From Catajapyx aquilonaris (lineage: Eukaryota), in the NCBI GenBank assembly GCA_000934665.2, contig JYFJ02002768.1, positions 1 through 51,286 on the forward strand: a stretch of 51,286 nucleotides of DNA, given 5' to 3'. The stretch's first letter is position 1. Each line of letters opens with the position of its first letter. A program made the position numbers and the translations under genes. Positions 10,366-23,073 of the stretch are shown here, piece after piece. Under the pieces are notes generated by a model. The model had not been told where the DNA came from. It saw nothing but the letters and a program-made list of their open reading frames with translations, and did not search any database.

Positions 10366-13357
10366 TTAAACTAAATAAATGTGCTGCCTTCAGCGATCTG
10401 TTAACAAACCTACATCTTCCGAAAAGGCCCATTCTCCAAGTACATCATCTGCTCGCATGCANCATTACAACCTCCACAGAACTCTGCAGTGTCTGTAGTA
10501 GCAGACGATGAAAACTGGTTTCGTCCTCCCGGACCGTTTCTTGTGACGTACTCAGCCTATTATCCCCGGTCTCAGTGTTGAAATTTGGTGGCCCCTATTC
10601 TGCCTACCTACTCTTCCTGCCATGGGCACAGGGGTACCAGTAAGGACCGTGTTAAAAAACTGAAATTATTTTTACTTTGTTTATAAATGACCATGGAGTC
10701 TACTGATAAACAGATTCCTGACCATAGAGTAGGTTCAAATAGTATTACTGTTCCATTCATCCCTCCCCCCTCCCTCTCCTCGCTCCTACTCGACCCTGGT
10801 GTGTGGTCACAGGATTTAGAACACGACCGACGTGGTGGGAAGGGCACATGGTGGGTAGTTGGAGCAGGGGGGAAGGGTTGAGGTCACTGTCGAGGTGTTT
10901 AGGGGAGAGACGATGTTGACTCCTCGCCCTCCAGCATGCAGCTACGAGTTCCACCACCCATGCCACCCGCGTAAAACGCAGGCCAATGGGAACGGGGCAG
11001 TAACAATACATGAATCGGAAAGGTGATGGTAAACGACATGTGGAGGTAACAATGAACGTGGGCCAATAGGAAGGTGGCAGTAACACTATGCAGCGGACCA
11101 ATAAGAGGGCTTATACGTAGGACACCCACTACGATTTTAATATTATAGATTTAATCAAAATTAGAACCATTCCCGTATATTTTTAGTTTGTTTCCTGGAA
11201 AAAGTATGTTATATTTTTTTGTTTTAGCCCTGCACGAATAATCCGAAACACAGATAATTGGGAGTACAGTGTAACAGCTATGAGTGATATTAGTGATCAC
11301 TAAAAATTACCCACAAACTTGGAACACCCTGTACATCATGGTGCACCTCATGGCACACGATTTGGACATAGGGCCAGGAAAATGGCTCACAAAATTAGGT
11401 TAAGCTTGACTTCATGGCCATGTCTTCCCAGCATGGCTAAAGGCCTGATTACATGCACAAGTAAGCATGTGTGCTTGTAACTACTTGCTCAAACACCCTA
11501 TTACACATTCAAGTTGACTTTATCTTGGAGGATGCCATTATTCCCCATGGCATGTTTCTGCACTTCAACCAGACTTCGGTCTCAGTGTACGAAGGACTTC
11601 ATAAGTGACTAACCCCTCATTCCTAACCTACACGAAATGCAAGCAACGACACTTTTGTTTTAAACATACTCTGTTTCATGCAAAAGTGGCCACCACTGAT
11701 GTCCAGACTAGCCTCCCGCAACTTCTACCCCATTGCAATGGCGGCCACTTTCAGAACCTACGGTGATGTCGCCGCCTTTCACATCAAACATGGCAGGCCT
11801 ATGTGTAAAACAAAACACAGGGTCTTTGCTTACATCATGTGCAGGTTAAGAAGCTATATTCAGTTCAACTACCTAGGTAATCACCCTGCGTATGTGTCTT
11901 ACTCTCGGTCTTACTGGTTATCAACCCCTGCAGTAGGTTGGTCCTATGATCTGCATAAGTGACGATATGTGCCGTAAGGCAGCATGAATGCAACATCAGT
12001 GAACAACCTGATGACAATGTTAATGTAACCCAAAAAATGGTACCATAATTACCTGTGGTGATGGTCAGTATGCTCCACATCCTACTCCACATAGAGCCAC
12101 ACGCCCACAGATGCAGAGAGCAGCCGGTGACAACAGGCTTCTTCCACAACGACAATGCAAAATCCTTACCGCTCGTTACTGGGCGGCACCAGCACCCGGC
12201 ACAAGGAATGCTATGAACGGGCTTGATTTAACACAGCTCGTACAGTGCAACTCACATGTAAGCCGCTTATTATGAAAGTGTGTTAAAATTAGGTTACAAA
12301 ATTAGTAAGTCTAAATGCCCTGGAAAGAACGGATTTATTGCCCCATAGAAGTTCTAACTTGGTAAATTTCATTAAAGAAGCATGGCATGGAAATTTACAC
12401 TATCCTTTCTGAAGTAGCTCCGCCCCTCCTCCATATTTCTTCCAGTAAGTCAAAGAGCGATAATAGGCTCACATGTATAGCTAATATTGTAGGAATGAAA
12501 ACTAACTGTTAGAATCTGCAGACAAAAGCAGGCGTCACAAGGTTACCAGCTAAAAAAAAAAAAGCACTTCACGTTTTAGGCTGTTATTGCCACAGCCTAA
12601 ATGTAGGCTTTGATTATTGCAGGCTTAGTGTACAGTTCTGGAAATTGTTGCTGCAATCGCATGAAAGAAGCGGAAAGAAGTAAAACTGGCATGGCAGGTG
12701 GCAGGCAAATGCGACGCTAGTTCTCCTGGCGGCGGATCCCAGCCTCATATTCAAATGATTCAAATCAAAGTAGCCTTGTGTCATAAGGGGCAAGTCAGTA
12801 AGTATGCGAAATATTTGGGAATGTTTAATTTTTTTTTTTCAATTACCATGTTAAAAGGTATACACATACACTCTGCTGCAAGATGCAAGATTTGAGGCTT
12901 CTACGATATTTCGGAGATGCAAATTTCAACATTGTCTAATTTTCTATCATTCAGATTTTTTGAGAACACCACCATCATATCAAATGGAAGCTTTGTTGGT
13001 TGCATAGACTCTGTCTTAGAGTTGTGGAAAGGCAACATGTCCAGCACTTCTATGATGACTTCAGCTCGGCCAACCACCAAATAAATTGCATTTTTCCCTC
13101 GGTAGATGCCATATATATGTTTGCATCTTCCGACAGCGTCCCCCACAAGAGCACCACCGCATCACATACGCTATTCCAAAAATTCCGGATAGAACTTGTT
13201 GAATCTCCAGACAGTTTAAACAACCAAAACCTTATATACCTCCGCATTTCTATTTTTTATCTCTCTTTGAAACTAGGGAGATTCATTGTGGCCACCCTGT
13301 ATTGTGTTTAGTGCTTATAATATTATTTTATAATCATGTTTGTTAAGTGCAGGAATA

Positions 13358-15380
13358 CCGTATTACCTCACATAAAGCGGCATGCTGGTGTAAGTGAGGT
13401 ATGCCGGTATGAGGCGAGGTTTTCACTACATTGGCCTTTCATAGCTTCATACTTGCCTGAAATCAAAATCCATGAAGAGGCACATTTTCTGAATCTAATA
13501 ACGTATAACGTTCTTTTCAATTACAGTGTGGCAATAATCTGTATCAAGAGTGTCTGTATGTATACACTTGTACAGTGCATTGTAGAGTACAGCGAGCACT
13601 TTCTTACTTTCCCTATCCCCCACTTCGCTGATTTTTTGGGAGATACCATTTTTCAAAATTAACCCTTCATTTATCAATATTACCTACAGTCAAGAGCTTT
13701 TGCTACAGTATAAGGCTATTATTAGCTGGAATTTTTTTTTGTTGAATCTTTGAACTATTTTTCTTTTTATTAGTTTGTATTGGTTCCCAAAGCCCAGCAA
13801 TCGAGATAAAACATTTTTCTGAATGCTTGTTTGCAAGAAAATGGCTGTTCCCTATAATTATGGGATGCTAGGAAAATGTAACCTATAGTATGGCTATAAT
13901 AGGTGTTGATTACATTACCATGGCAACAGTGACATTCAGCAATATCAATAGTTTCATGAGATCACCAATGATTGATTGTTGTCGATTGCATTACCACAGA
14001 AACAGGCCGTGCAAAGAAGGGGTTGTATCTGAGTAACAATCAAGCATTGTTGCAACTGTTGCCATGTTAACCAATTGCCATGTAATCACGTTTTAATTAT
14101 ATGGATTCATTAAAATACAGTTCAAGGAAGTGTCCAAAATCCACACTCATACTTTACTTGTCCAAATGTAGGTGCAAATTTGCCTCTTGAGTTCCTCAGA
14201 GGGGACACCAGATTTCAGCACTACTCTCAGACAAGGAAAGTAAAAAATATACCTATATTTGCACACCGCCATCATCATTCATAAGTTTTCTAAGTATTAC
14301 AAACAATGAATAACTCAACACTAATCAACATTCGAGAATTAATTACTAATGATATTTGGAACATAGAGGTGCAGCAATTTTTTCCTGAGTTAAAATTCAA
14401 ACACCTGTACCTTAAAAGGTCTGAAGCAATACTGAGCAGGTTTGAACTTATATCATTAGCTGGGACTCTCATGAAGCACCCGTGACTACTGCCAGCTCTT
14501 TAGCAATAGTAGAACTAGCAAAAAAAAATAAATTAACATATAACAACTATGCAGGTGTCCCCTATTGGGGACGCTCAGCATACCTGGGTTAAGAACAAAA
14601 CCAGTGAGACCTCTGAGCAGTGAGCTACTGAGCAAAGCGAAAGACTGAAGGAAGTTAGTTTGCCTTGATCCATATATTATGTTGTAGTAGGTGGTTTCCC
14701 TCTCAAAGCAGGCTGAAGATAGGATTGGTTTCCCTCTATACACTGTGCAATGGAACTTGCATATTCTCACACCCCTGTACACTTGCCCATTTTTCATCAT
14801 AACAGATTTCTTTTTTCTATTTTTAAACGTTTTCCCTGTGATAGAGCAGTGCTCTCTTCTGGGGGGGGGGGNNNNGGGGGGGGGGGCGCAGGGGGGTGGA
14901 GGATTACCACCATTTGAATAGATTTTTCTTATTTTCTTAGAACTCCGTGCAAGGATTTTAAGTATGTAGGGTAAGGATGGGAATTTTTGGGGAGGGGACA
15001 CTGGTGCAAGTGCACTGTCTGAAAAGGGTAATGTCAGGTAATGTGCAGTCCCCCAGGAGGCTAGGTTGCCAAGACGCCTCCTCAGGCATGGGTCAGAGAC
15101 CCACTGGCGCAGGCAAAAGGGAACTCCCGGGCAGGGATTGAACCTGGGACCTTCCACACAGCAAGCCCAGACGTTACCATCTCGGCCACCACGCCTTCCC
15201 CCTGTAACAGAATTTCAGTACAAAACCAGAAGTATTCCCAAAAAATGTGACAAGGATCCAAATTATGGAAATCTACCTCGGTTATTGTGGCATGCCAACC
15301 ACCCCCAGGATATACCAGCATGCTGGTCGATCTCGTTTTATACCGGCATGTCACTTTATCCTTTATGTGAGGTAATACGG
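13358..15380. mobile_element. pogo/Tigger-like non-autonomous element containing a SINE
   Basis: TA|CCGTATTACCTCACATAAAG ... CTTTATGTGAGGTAATACGG|T, a 20-bp perfect TIR, with subterminal ATGCCGGTAT / ATACCGGCAT. Confidence 0.7.
14811..15204 (-). mobile_element. tRNA-derived SINE, family A
   Basis: A/B-box head at 15197-15130, shared body and A-rich tail. TSD-like TAACAGATTTC / TAACAGAATTTC. Confidence 0.85.
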
Positions 15381-15490
15381 TCAGTGTTTCTAAAGAGCAA
15401 CTGCCAAGAGCTGAAGGGTGTCCATAAATAACTAGAGGGTACTGGTAATCATTATCTTCATGCAATATGTATGTCATTGAAAGTCACATA

Positions 15491-15925
15491 CAGGGTGTTC
15501 ATGAAAAACACTGACAAACCTATATCACCCCCGACCTAGGGATCAGACGATCACATTATGTAGATGAGTGATTATTCCTGGGCCGCCTCATTACCGCGCA
15601 AATTGCCTTCAAACAGGTAGTATAAAATATCCTGGAAGTTAGGCCACCCAACGAAGCCTTCCCCAGTCAGAAGGGTCTGGAAGGTCTGGGGGCCAGACTT
15701 TGTGGGTTTGTTGCCCGCAGGTGGTAAGGCCTCTATGGCTAGTTACACCTGTAAATTCTATTTAAAAGTCAAAAGGAGCGATTAGGCAAAAGTCGCTCAT
15801 CAGCAACGAGTCAATTATCTCAGTAATGAGGCGGTGTAGACATAATGACTGCTCTACATAAAATGACCCTCACGTTACCATTGGCCACTGGTAACAGTTT
15901 GTCGGTGTTTTTCATGAACACCCTG
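15491..15925. mobile_element. Tc1/mariner-superfamily MITE (CAGGGTG termini)
   Basis: TA|CAGGGTGTTCATGAAAAACACTGACAAAC ... GTTTGTCGGTGTTTTTCATGAACACCCTG|TA. Confidence 0.85.
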
Positions 15926-17146
15926 TATATATGTTTGTCAAGAGCTGGGCCAGGTGCTCATCACGAGTGTGAGAACCTGGCCCCGCAAGCATCCATACTT
16001 GTCAGGATAGACAGTGTTGATTTCAATCAACATCTCCACAATGGAGAGTAGCCGAACTTTCACACCCAAGCCACGTTTCTTTCATAGGCGCCACCTACCA
16101 TCTGTATCATTTTGGCAGATGAATTCATGAACACCCTAAATATTTGTGAGACTTTCTTTTTTAATATGTTCAGATTTCCTCACAAGTGATAAAGTACACC
16201 TGATACGTGTATGTGGCCAAGCTATGAAGCATGTAATCATTGGGAATGAATGCTATCAGAACAATTTCTTTATTCAAGATGCTTGAATTGTAATTATCAC
16301 TAAGGCATTCATGGTTCAGGGCACTTAATCTGCACTTCTAACTCCAGTAATGACAAGGAAATAACTGCATGTCCTTTCTGTGTATATTGTCATAACTTAT
16401 CAATACAGTATAAACTGATATGAGACAAGGAAGAAGATTAGTGTCACTCAACCAATATGCAGTGCTTGTGTCCTATAGTAAAATTAAATGTTGTAAACTT
16501 TTTTCAAAGTAATGCGGAATTTCCGTTAAATAATTATTTTTCTTGCACATAACAGAATTCTGGAGTATATTATGATACCCTACCCGTACCGGTATATAAA
16601 AGAAGTGCTCTCTAAGCATGAAATACTTAGCCCCCTTTTGCAACAGAAATGCACGTCTAAGTTACATTGTGAATGGCTGATAATTAGTTCAACCATGCAA
16701 GACTTACGATTACAGTAGCCTGTAACCAGCCTGTAACAGAAGCTATTGATATGGCATGTAAGAAATGATTCTCTCACTCACTGGAGCAAGGTCACCTTGA
16801 GATCTGTGTTCCTTGCAGTCTGCTACTGATAATCAGTTGAGGCTTTTATGGTACTTGAACTGGTATTTTTTAGCTTACAAGTTAGCTTCTTAGCTGTCAT
16901 GCTTATAAAGCCTTTACTGACGTAAGGAGTCTGAGTCTCTACAGGAGTATGGCGCAAAATTGAAAAACATAGGGAGCTCAACATAATTATGATATCACAT
17001 TGAGATTGGCAGTTGACGTACACACTATGGTATAATAACTGGATTTACAGTTTGGAATTCACGTAACGGTAACTTAGAACATTAGGGGTACTGTAATGAA
17101 TTTTGGTTACTTCCATGGTTAGAAATGCATGTAAATATCTATTATA

Positions 17147-17575
17147 CAGGGTGTATCTGAACTCAGTGCCCCGACGTATATGACTGCCTTCCTAGCCACC
17201 AGAGGATCGATTTAAGTATAGGAGTCATATGTCTGGGCAGCCTCATTACTGAGATACACTCTTTAGCGATTTTTGCCTAATCACTCCTTCTGACTTTTGT
17301 ATAGAATTTTCTGGTGTAACTAGCCAAAGAGGCCTTACCACCTGTGGGCAACAAACCAACAAAGTCCCGCCCCCAGACCTTCCAGAGCCTTCTGACTGGG
17401 GGAGGGTTCGATGGGTGGCCTAACCGACAGGATATTTTGTACTACGGTACATGTTTGCGGCCAATTATCTCCGTAATGCGGCGGCCAAACATAATGACTC
17501 CTATACTTAAATCGATCCTCTGGTGGCTAGGAAGGCAGTCATATACGTCGGGGCACTGAGTTCAGATACACCCTG
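17147..17575. mobile_element. Tc1/mariner-superfamily MITE with perfect ~82-bp TIRs
   Basis: TA|CAGGGTGTATCTGAACTCAGTGCCCCGACG... is perfectly inverted at the right end. The interior is homologous, in inverted orientation, to 15491-15925. Confidence 0.9.
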
Positions 17576-17587
17576 TATAATATAATA

Positions 17588-17820
17588 CCTAGAGGAGGTA
17601 CTCCCTATCCTTTTCCATTAGACAGGCTGAGGCAGCGGCCATCTTGTTGGAGGTAACATTGTTGTTCTAACAGTTGTCTAGCAACTGGGACAACAACCAA
17701 TAATGACAACTGGGCGACAATTAGTTCAAATAATGTCAGGCGTCCGCCATCTTGTTGGAGGTAATATTGTTGCCTGCATTGTTGCCTGCCTCACATTTCA
17801 GCCCCAGTGCATCCTCTAGG
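17588..17820. mobile_element. small MITE with short TIRs and internal direct repeats
   Basis: TA|CCTAGAGGA ... TCCTCTAGG|TA. GCCATCTTGTTGGAGGTAAYATTGTT occurs twice inside. Confidence 0.55.
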
Positions 17821-18349
17821 TATATAATATAATATAGCAGAACTCTTTGGTCTGTCTACAAGTCTGAAGCAATACTATGGAAACGGTTGCATTGATGTTG
17901 GTGATCCTGAATGTTTGTTGCCACCTGTTTCTGAGATAAGTAAAGTAAACCTGATAGCAGCTCTTCATGTTCATGTAGAGTTCTTTGCAACGTTCGTACA
18001 AGCTTTTAAAGAAAGCCCCCCTCCCGTACTGCAACGGACCCGACCCATGTCGAAGCTGTGACAACTCTGTTGGATATGGACCAGCGATGGACCTGCATGG
18101 AATTGGCAATGGAAATTGGAAAGCAGCATCATCTCCACCCATAAATTCGCCTTCAGAGGCAGGATTTGTTGCAGAGGGGACCCATTGTCTTCCACGACAA
18201 CCCTTGCTGTCATGTGGCCATTGCTGTTCAGAAATTTTCTTCAGAAGTGGGAATGGAAGCTGTTGGAACATACTCTTTATTCATGAGTACAAGTGACTAT
18301 GATCAACTCCAAAAATGAAGAAACCCTTAGATGGCTGTCGTTTCTGTAA

Positions 18350-18593
18350 AGCCTGTTTCACAAACTCAGCGTTGCCAAAGCGGGGCGAACGGGCCTCCCG
18401 CTAATCGCACGCAGAAAGTCTACCCGGTGCGGCATGTGGAGCATGGAAAACTTGCGAAGGGCTGCTCGCAAATGTTGCGTGCGATGGCGGAGTGTGGGAG
18501 TGGCATTGGCGGCCAACCAAGTGGACTCTCTGCGGGCGATTAGCGGGAGGCCGTTCGCCCCGCTTTCGCAACGCCGAGTTTGTGAAACAGGCT
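18350..18593. mobile_element. PIF/Harbinger-like MITE
   Basis: TAA|AGCCTGTTTCACAAACTC ... GAGTTTGTGAAACAGGCT|TAA, with ~70-bp imperfect TIRs. Confidence 0.85.
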
Positions 18594-18922
18594 TAAGAGG
18601 GAAGCATGCCTTAGGGTGGTCTCTGCATGATGCCTCCACAAAAAAAGGCTGCTGATGGGGTTTGAAGCTTTCCATGGATATGGAAAAATGTCATAAAATG
18701 GCTGAAAATGTTCAAGTTTGTACCCATACTGATATGAAAATTGCAGCAGTGTTGCCAATAATTTTCAGACCACCCATGTATAACAGCACGAAGTACACTG
18801 AACTCCCGAATATCTAGGTGCAGATTAGGCGTGTTTTGGATTATCCGTGCATCACCAAAACAAAGGAAAATAATAAAAGTCTGAAAAAAGGTCAATATGT
18901 CTTACAAACAAAGAAATAATTA

Positions 18923-19405
18923 TGTGGGTTGTTTCATAAGTCATGGCGAGTATTTTTTAATTCAAAAATGGTCACACATACAGAGATGACCTTTGCTGAG
19001 TTTTGGAGGTGCAAAAGTGCCACCATTTTGCCTGTGCTTGGAACTCGATCGCATTGAGGGCGATGGCTTTTTCAAACGGTTTGTGGCAATGGATGACACA
19101 TGGCTCCGGTCATAGTGCTCTGACTCGTCCCACACTCGAAAGCAAGCTCCTGTTTTGTCCATCACCGAGTGTCCAGCATGCAGCGTCCAACAGCTCCAAA
19201 CGCGTCAGACTGGAGCTGTCTTAGGGCGATGGTGCCGTCATGATCCCCTTTAGTTTCCCTGCCTCCCACGCAATATGGGTGAGACATCTATATGCCAGAT
19301 CAAATTGTAATCGCCGGAGCTTCAAAACTCAGCAAAGGTCATCTCTGTATGTGTTACCATTTTTGAATAAACAAATACTCGCCATGACTCATGAAACAAC
19401 CCTCG
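18923..19405. mobile_element. mariner-derived MITE with ~80-bp TIRs
   Basis: Ends ..ATGAAACAACCCTCG|TA with long inverted arms. The interior encodes EGDGFFKRFVAMDDTW, a remnant of the mariner first-Asp DETW motif. Confidence 0.8.
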
Positions 19406-19905
19406 TATAACATACTTTTTCCAGAAGACACTCAAAATATATCGAAAGTTTCGTTATTTTGATTAAACCTCATTTAAAGCAACGTACAGTATGTGCAATA
19501 GGTCATTTAAAACCTCTGAACAGCTCACTTTTATGCTAGAACTAAAATCATTTTCCAATTATCCCTGTTTTACGATTATCCGGCGACACCCACGCAGTGT
19601 ACACCTACAATGTCTTTCTTCTTCACACCAGGAAACAATTATTGCTGTTCCACTACTTCACCTTTGACATTCATATATTTGTAACAATAATAATTGTTAG
19701 TCTAGGAAAATATATGAAAGTAAAATAAAAGTGTTAATGCCTTTCTCCAGTTACTTAACCTTTTGTCTCATCATATGTCAGTTAATTCATCGTGACAGAT
19801 AAAGTCAAGGAAATAAATTATTGCAGGTGTAATCAACAGGATGACAAGGGATAATGAGATTAGGTTGAGGGGTAATAGATTAGACACCGCAGGGTGAGCA
19901 GAGCA

Positions 19906-19912
19906 TATAAAA
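19906..19912 (+). promoter_or_regulatory. TATA box of the chitin deacetylase-like gene
   Basis: CATATAAAAGG, 95 bp upstream of ATG 20001. GATAA/GATTA sites lie at about 19797-19885. Confidence 0.55.
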
Positions 19913-20000
19913 GGACCCTGCTACTTGTCTGCTGAGGTAAAGAACCACTGGCACGCAAGTGAGTAACAAGAAGGGTGCAATAAAAGAATTGTCAACCATC

Positions 20001-22786
20001 ATGGCCATAATAAACTGGGTACTGGCAGTGTTCTTCTTGATGGTCAGTGCAGCCTCTTTCCCACAAAAGTAAGTAACACAGCAAGTTGGTAACACACATA
20101 ATATTTCAAACTGCCTTTTTACTTTCTCTATAGTGATGACTGTGTTCTCCCTCAATGCCACCGCATGGGAACAGATATACCAGGAGGACTATCAAAAAAT
20201 GACACTCCTCAAATTATATTTATGGCATTTGACGACTCAATGACATCTGATGTGTTCAAATATTACAAGGAGATTCTTGAAGCACGAACAAACCCCAATG
20301 GTTGCCCCATTACCATGACATTCTTCCTCATCCACCAGTATACAGAATATGACAAGGTCAATTACCTGTGGAGAATGGGTAATGAGTTTGCCTCCAACTC
20401 AATCAGGTACAGTTAATCTGCATTCTTTGAAATTTTCAGTACAAAAATGGAATGTATTATTATAAGCATCCACTAACTCTGTTCATGACAGTAAGGTGTC
20501 CAACTATACCTATTGGACTACAGCCTCTTCCCAAGTCTGGAAGAATGAGATGCTGGGAATGTCAAACTTCATCCAGAAATTTGCCAAAGTGACCGACCCT
20601 ATTCAGGTTTGTATCTCTTATGGCACTATAGGACCTGCTTCATTACAACACTCTAAAATATATCATCCAACTTATGCAGGGTATGCGGGCACCCTACTTT
20701 GAAATGGGGGGTGACAACATGTTTGACATGGCAAAAGACAACTTCAAATGGGACAGCTCATGGCCCACTCAAGAATATTCAGAAAATCCCATTTGGCCAT
20801 ACACACTCGACCACAATGAAGAGAATCCACATCAGGTAAAGATTATACATTTAACCCTTCCGTTACCGCCATCACCATAAGGAATTTTTCGTGGGTGGGG
20901 TTTAATTATATTTACAACCCTAGCCTTGTCATCAGCCACATGTCGAAGAGCGAGCCATGTTTTTTTCCTCATAGCCAGCTTCACCAAAACCAACCTTTGA
21001 CCCAGTGCTAGCTGTTGACAAGTAGCCATAGGGCAACATCTATTGGATTTTTCATGACTTCCTCCAATAAATCATCTGTAACTCGCCAAATTCAAAGTCC
21101 AGAAATGTTGTGTCAGTGTTTCATAGTCACTCACTATTGGTCCAATGAGTGCCAAAAATTTCATGACCATTCATTACAATTTAGGAAGTAAATAGCAAAA
21201 TTTAGAAATTACGCCATTAGGTTAATTGCTGTTATCTATATCAAAGATGACTGCCATGTCATTGTGCTTTTGCTAATTATGACCTTTGTAATACCTTGTT
21301 TTTCAACATAATGCAGCTAAATGATGCCAATAATTGAGGCACTCAGAGGAAAAACGGCATATCCCAACCGGAGTTCATTTTGAGATAAACGGCTTTTTGT
21401 GTTGCAAGAGAATAGGATTTTCCATTGCAGACCAATTTAACCAGTGGAATATGTGAGATTTAGAATATCTCAATTCATTTGGAACTTAAGCACATGAAAG
21501 GTAGATGGCAGGAAAGTACAAAAGCACTACAATCTCAAAATCGGAGGTCAGTAGGGATATGCCGTTTTTCATCTGAGTGCCTCGATTATTAGCTTCAACT
21601 CCCAAAATGTTTTCATGGGTAATTTTAGCGTATTGGGAGGAAAAATAAGGCAACGCTGAATGGAATCAGACACTAGTGCAGGCAAGAGTAATCCGACCCT
21701 CAGCCTATTTTTTTACCGTCTTATCACTGGACATTAAAAATGTGAAACTTGTGCAATGTATAGAAGAGGACCTGAGTCATGCACACAAATAGTTTTTCAC
21801 TCCATGTATAAGCATTATTGCACTAGGAGAGCTAGAAAATGGCGCGGAATTCAAATTATTTTAGCACTTTATCACATCAACATTTTATAACTAAATAATT
21901 GACTTAAAAGCATAAAATATTTGTCAGGTGAATATATTATACCAATTCTGATGAAATCTCACTCATTAACATCGTGACCTTGACACTCGAGCTACATGAA
22001 TTTTTTCAGTATCCCGATAATCGGGATAGTGGTAATGGAACGGTTAACCAGGACTTGCAGTAAGTAATTGCATTGTATTCATGTAACAATTATGATTTGC
22101 AGGACTGCCCTATAGGTGGATGCCCAACCCTTAATTATCCGAGTTTCTGGGAAGTACCCTTGGTGGATCTCTACAGCCTGAACAAAACATTCTGTATAAA
22201 CCCTGCCTCATGCACACCACTGTAAATAGTCTACCTAATTTCTACTGCTCCCCAAATGAAAAATTTACCTGTAAATATCAGAAAAAAATCATTGTTAATT
22301 CTTTACCACAGGCCAAAAAACAGTGATGAGGTCATGGAGTTCCTGGATAGCAACTTTCAGCGTTTCTATAACTACAACAAGGCACCATTTGGCATGTACT
22401 TGGGCCTGTCATGGTTCAAGCAAGTACTAGAACATGATTACATATTTCCAGCATATCTGAACTGGCTGGATGCACAACTTAAAAAGGATGATGTGTATTT
22501 TGTCACTGTCTCACAGGTCAGTTCAGAAGACATCAACTTATTAATTACACTCACATAATTTTATATGATATAATCCTACCTACAGGGACTGCAATGGATC
22601 ATGAACCCAACGAAGCTAAGCGATCTCAAGAATTTTGCTCCTTGGAAATGTGGCACACCCAAACCCGCTCATTGTGTGCATCCCTCAACTTGCCACTACG
22701 AACATACCCCTCCAGGTGGACCTCGCAACATGATTTCTTGCATTACATGCCCTAAATCCTACCCTTGGGTCACAAACATAGCCTAG
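20001..22786 (+). CDS. secreted chitin deacetylase-like protein (CE4 family, catalytic domain only, group-V-like), 7 exons, 378 aa, probably catalytically inactive
   Basis: Exons 20001-20068, 20134-20406, 20492-20606, 20680-20835, 22103-22221, 22312-22516, 22586-22786. All introns are GT-AG with consistent phases; total 1137 nt. Signal peptide MAIINWVLAVFFLMVSAAS. Motifs CVLPQC..TDIPGGL..TPQ..AFDD, NPNGCPITMTFF, GMRAPYF, WPYTLD, NKAPFG, CPKSYPWV. Confidence 0.93.
20855..22043. mobile_element. piggyBac-like non-autonomous element in deacetylase intron 4
   Basis: TTAA|CCCTTCCGTTACCGC ... GTGGTAATGGAACGG|TTAA. Confidence 0.75.
21333..21586. mobile_element. TA-flanked MITE nested in the piggyBac-like element
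   Basis: TA|ATTGAGGCACTCAGAGGAAAAACGGCATATCCC ... GGGATATGCCGTTTTTCATCTGAGTGCCTCGAT|TA. Confidence 0.85.
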
Positions 22787-22877
22787 AAACACTGTTGGGT
22801 AAAAAGTTGATGACAACACCATACCCTAACCAAATTTATCATATATGCATAATGCGATGTAGAATTCAAGAGCCGAC

Positions 22878-22883
22878 AATAAA
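22878..22883 (+). terminator. putative poly(A) signal of the deacetylase-like gene
   Basis: AATAAA about 90 bp after the stop codon. Confidence 0.5.
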
Positions 22884-23073
22884 AATTTATTTCAGAATAT
22901 ACATGTACTAACTCTCCTTCCCCCCCCCCCCCCCCCCCCCCNTCAAAATTTTTATCTACATGTGTTACAGGATCCCTTTCAAGTTTGTTATTGGCTCCAA
23001 TCACTATAATTTTTAGTGAGGGTGTTGCTAATAAAATTAGATGGAAAAGTGAAACTAAGTTTTTCCTTAATTA

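Larger units (their letters stand above)
9282..11149 (-). mobile_element. non-autonomous Helitron (possibly two separate partial elements)
   Basis: Minus-strand 5' end A|TCTATAATATTAAAATCG at 11149. 3' end CCGAGCGAAGCGAGGGTTTTTCTAG|T at 9282 (hairpin plus CTAG). No TSD; A/T target site. Confidence 0.65.
9118..11271. mobile_element. pogo/Tigger-like MITE split by nested insertions
   Basis: TA|CACTGTACTCCCAATTATC ... GATAATTGGGAGTACAGTG|TA, with subterminal GATAAT repeats. Confidence 0.75.

Noticed and set aside
11280..13300. solitary CACCCTGTA ends and weak inverted matches (11330, 11440-12265, 13300)
   Set aside because: Probably old TE debris; paired termini could not be established.
14861..14890. 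long poly-G/C runs containing N (also ~22930, 30400, 32960, 36540) as G-quadruplex candidates
   Set aside because: Homopolymers with ambiguous bases have unreliable length and mostly lie within TEs.
17816..18296. 151-aa minus-strand ORF and overlapping 103-aa ORF
   Set aside because: No recognisable domain or convincing splice pair, and it sits between MITEs. BLASTX would be needed.
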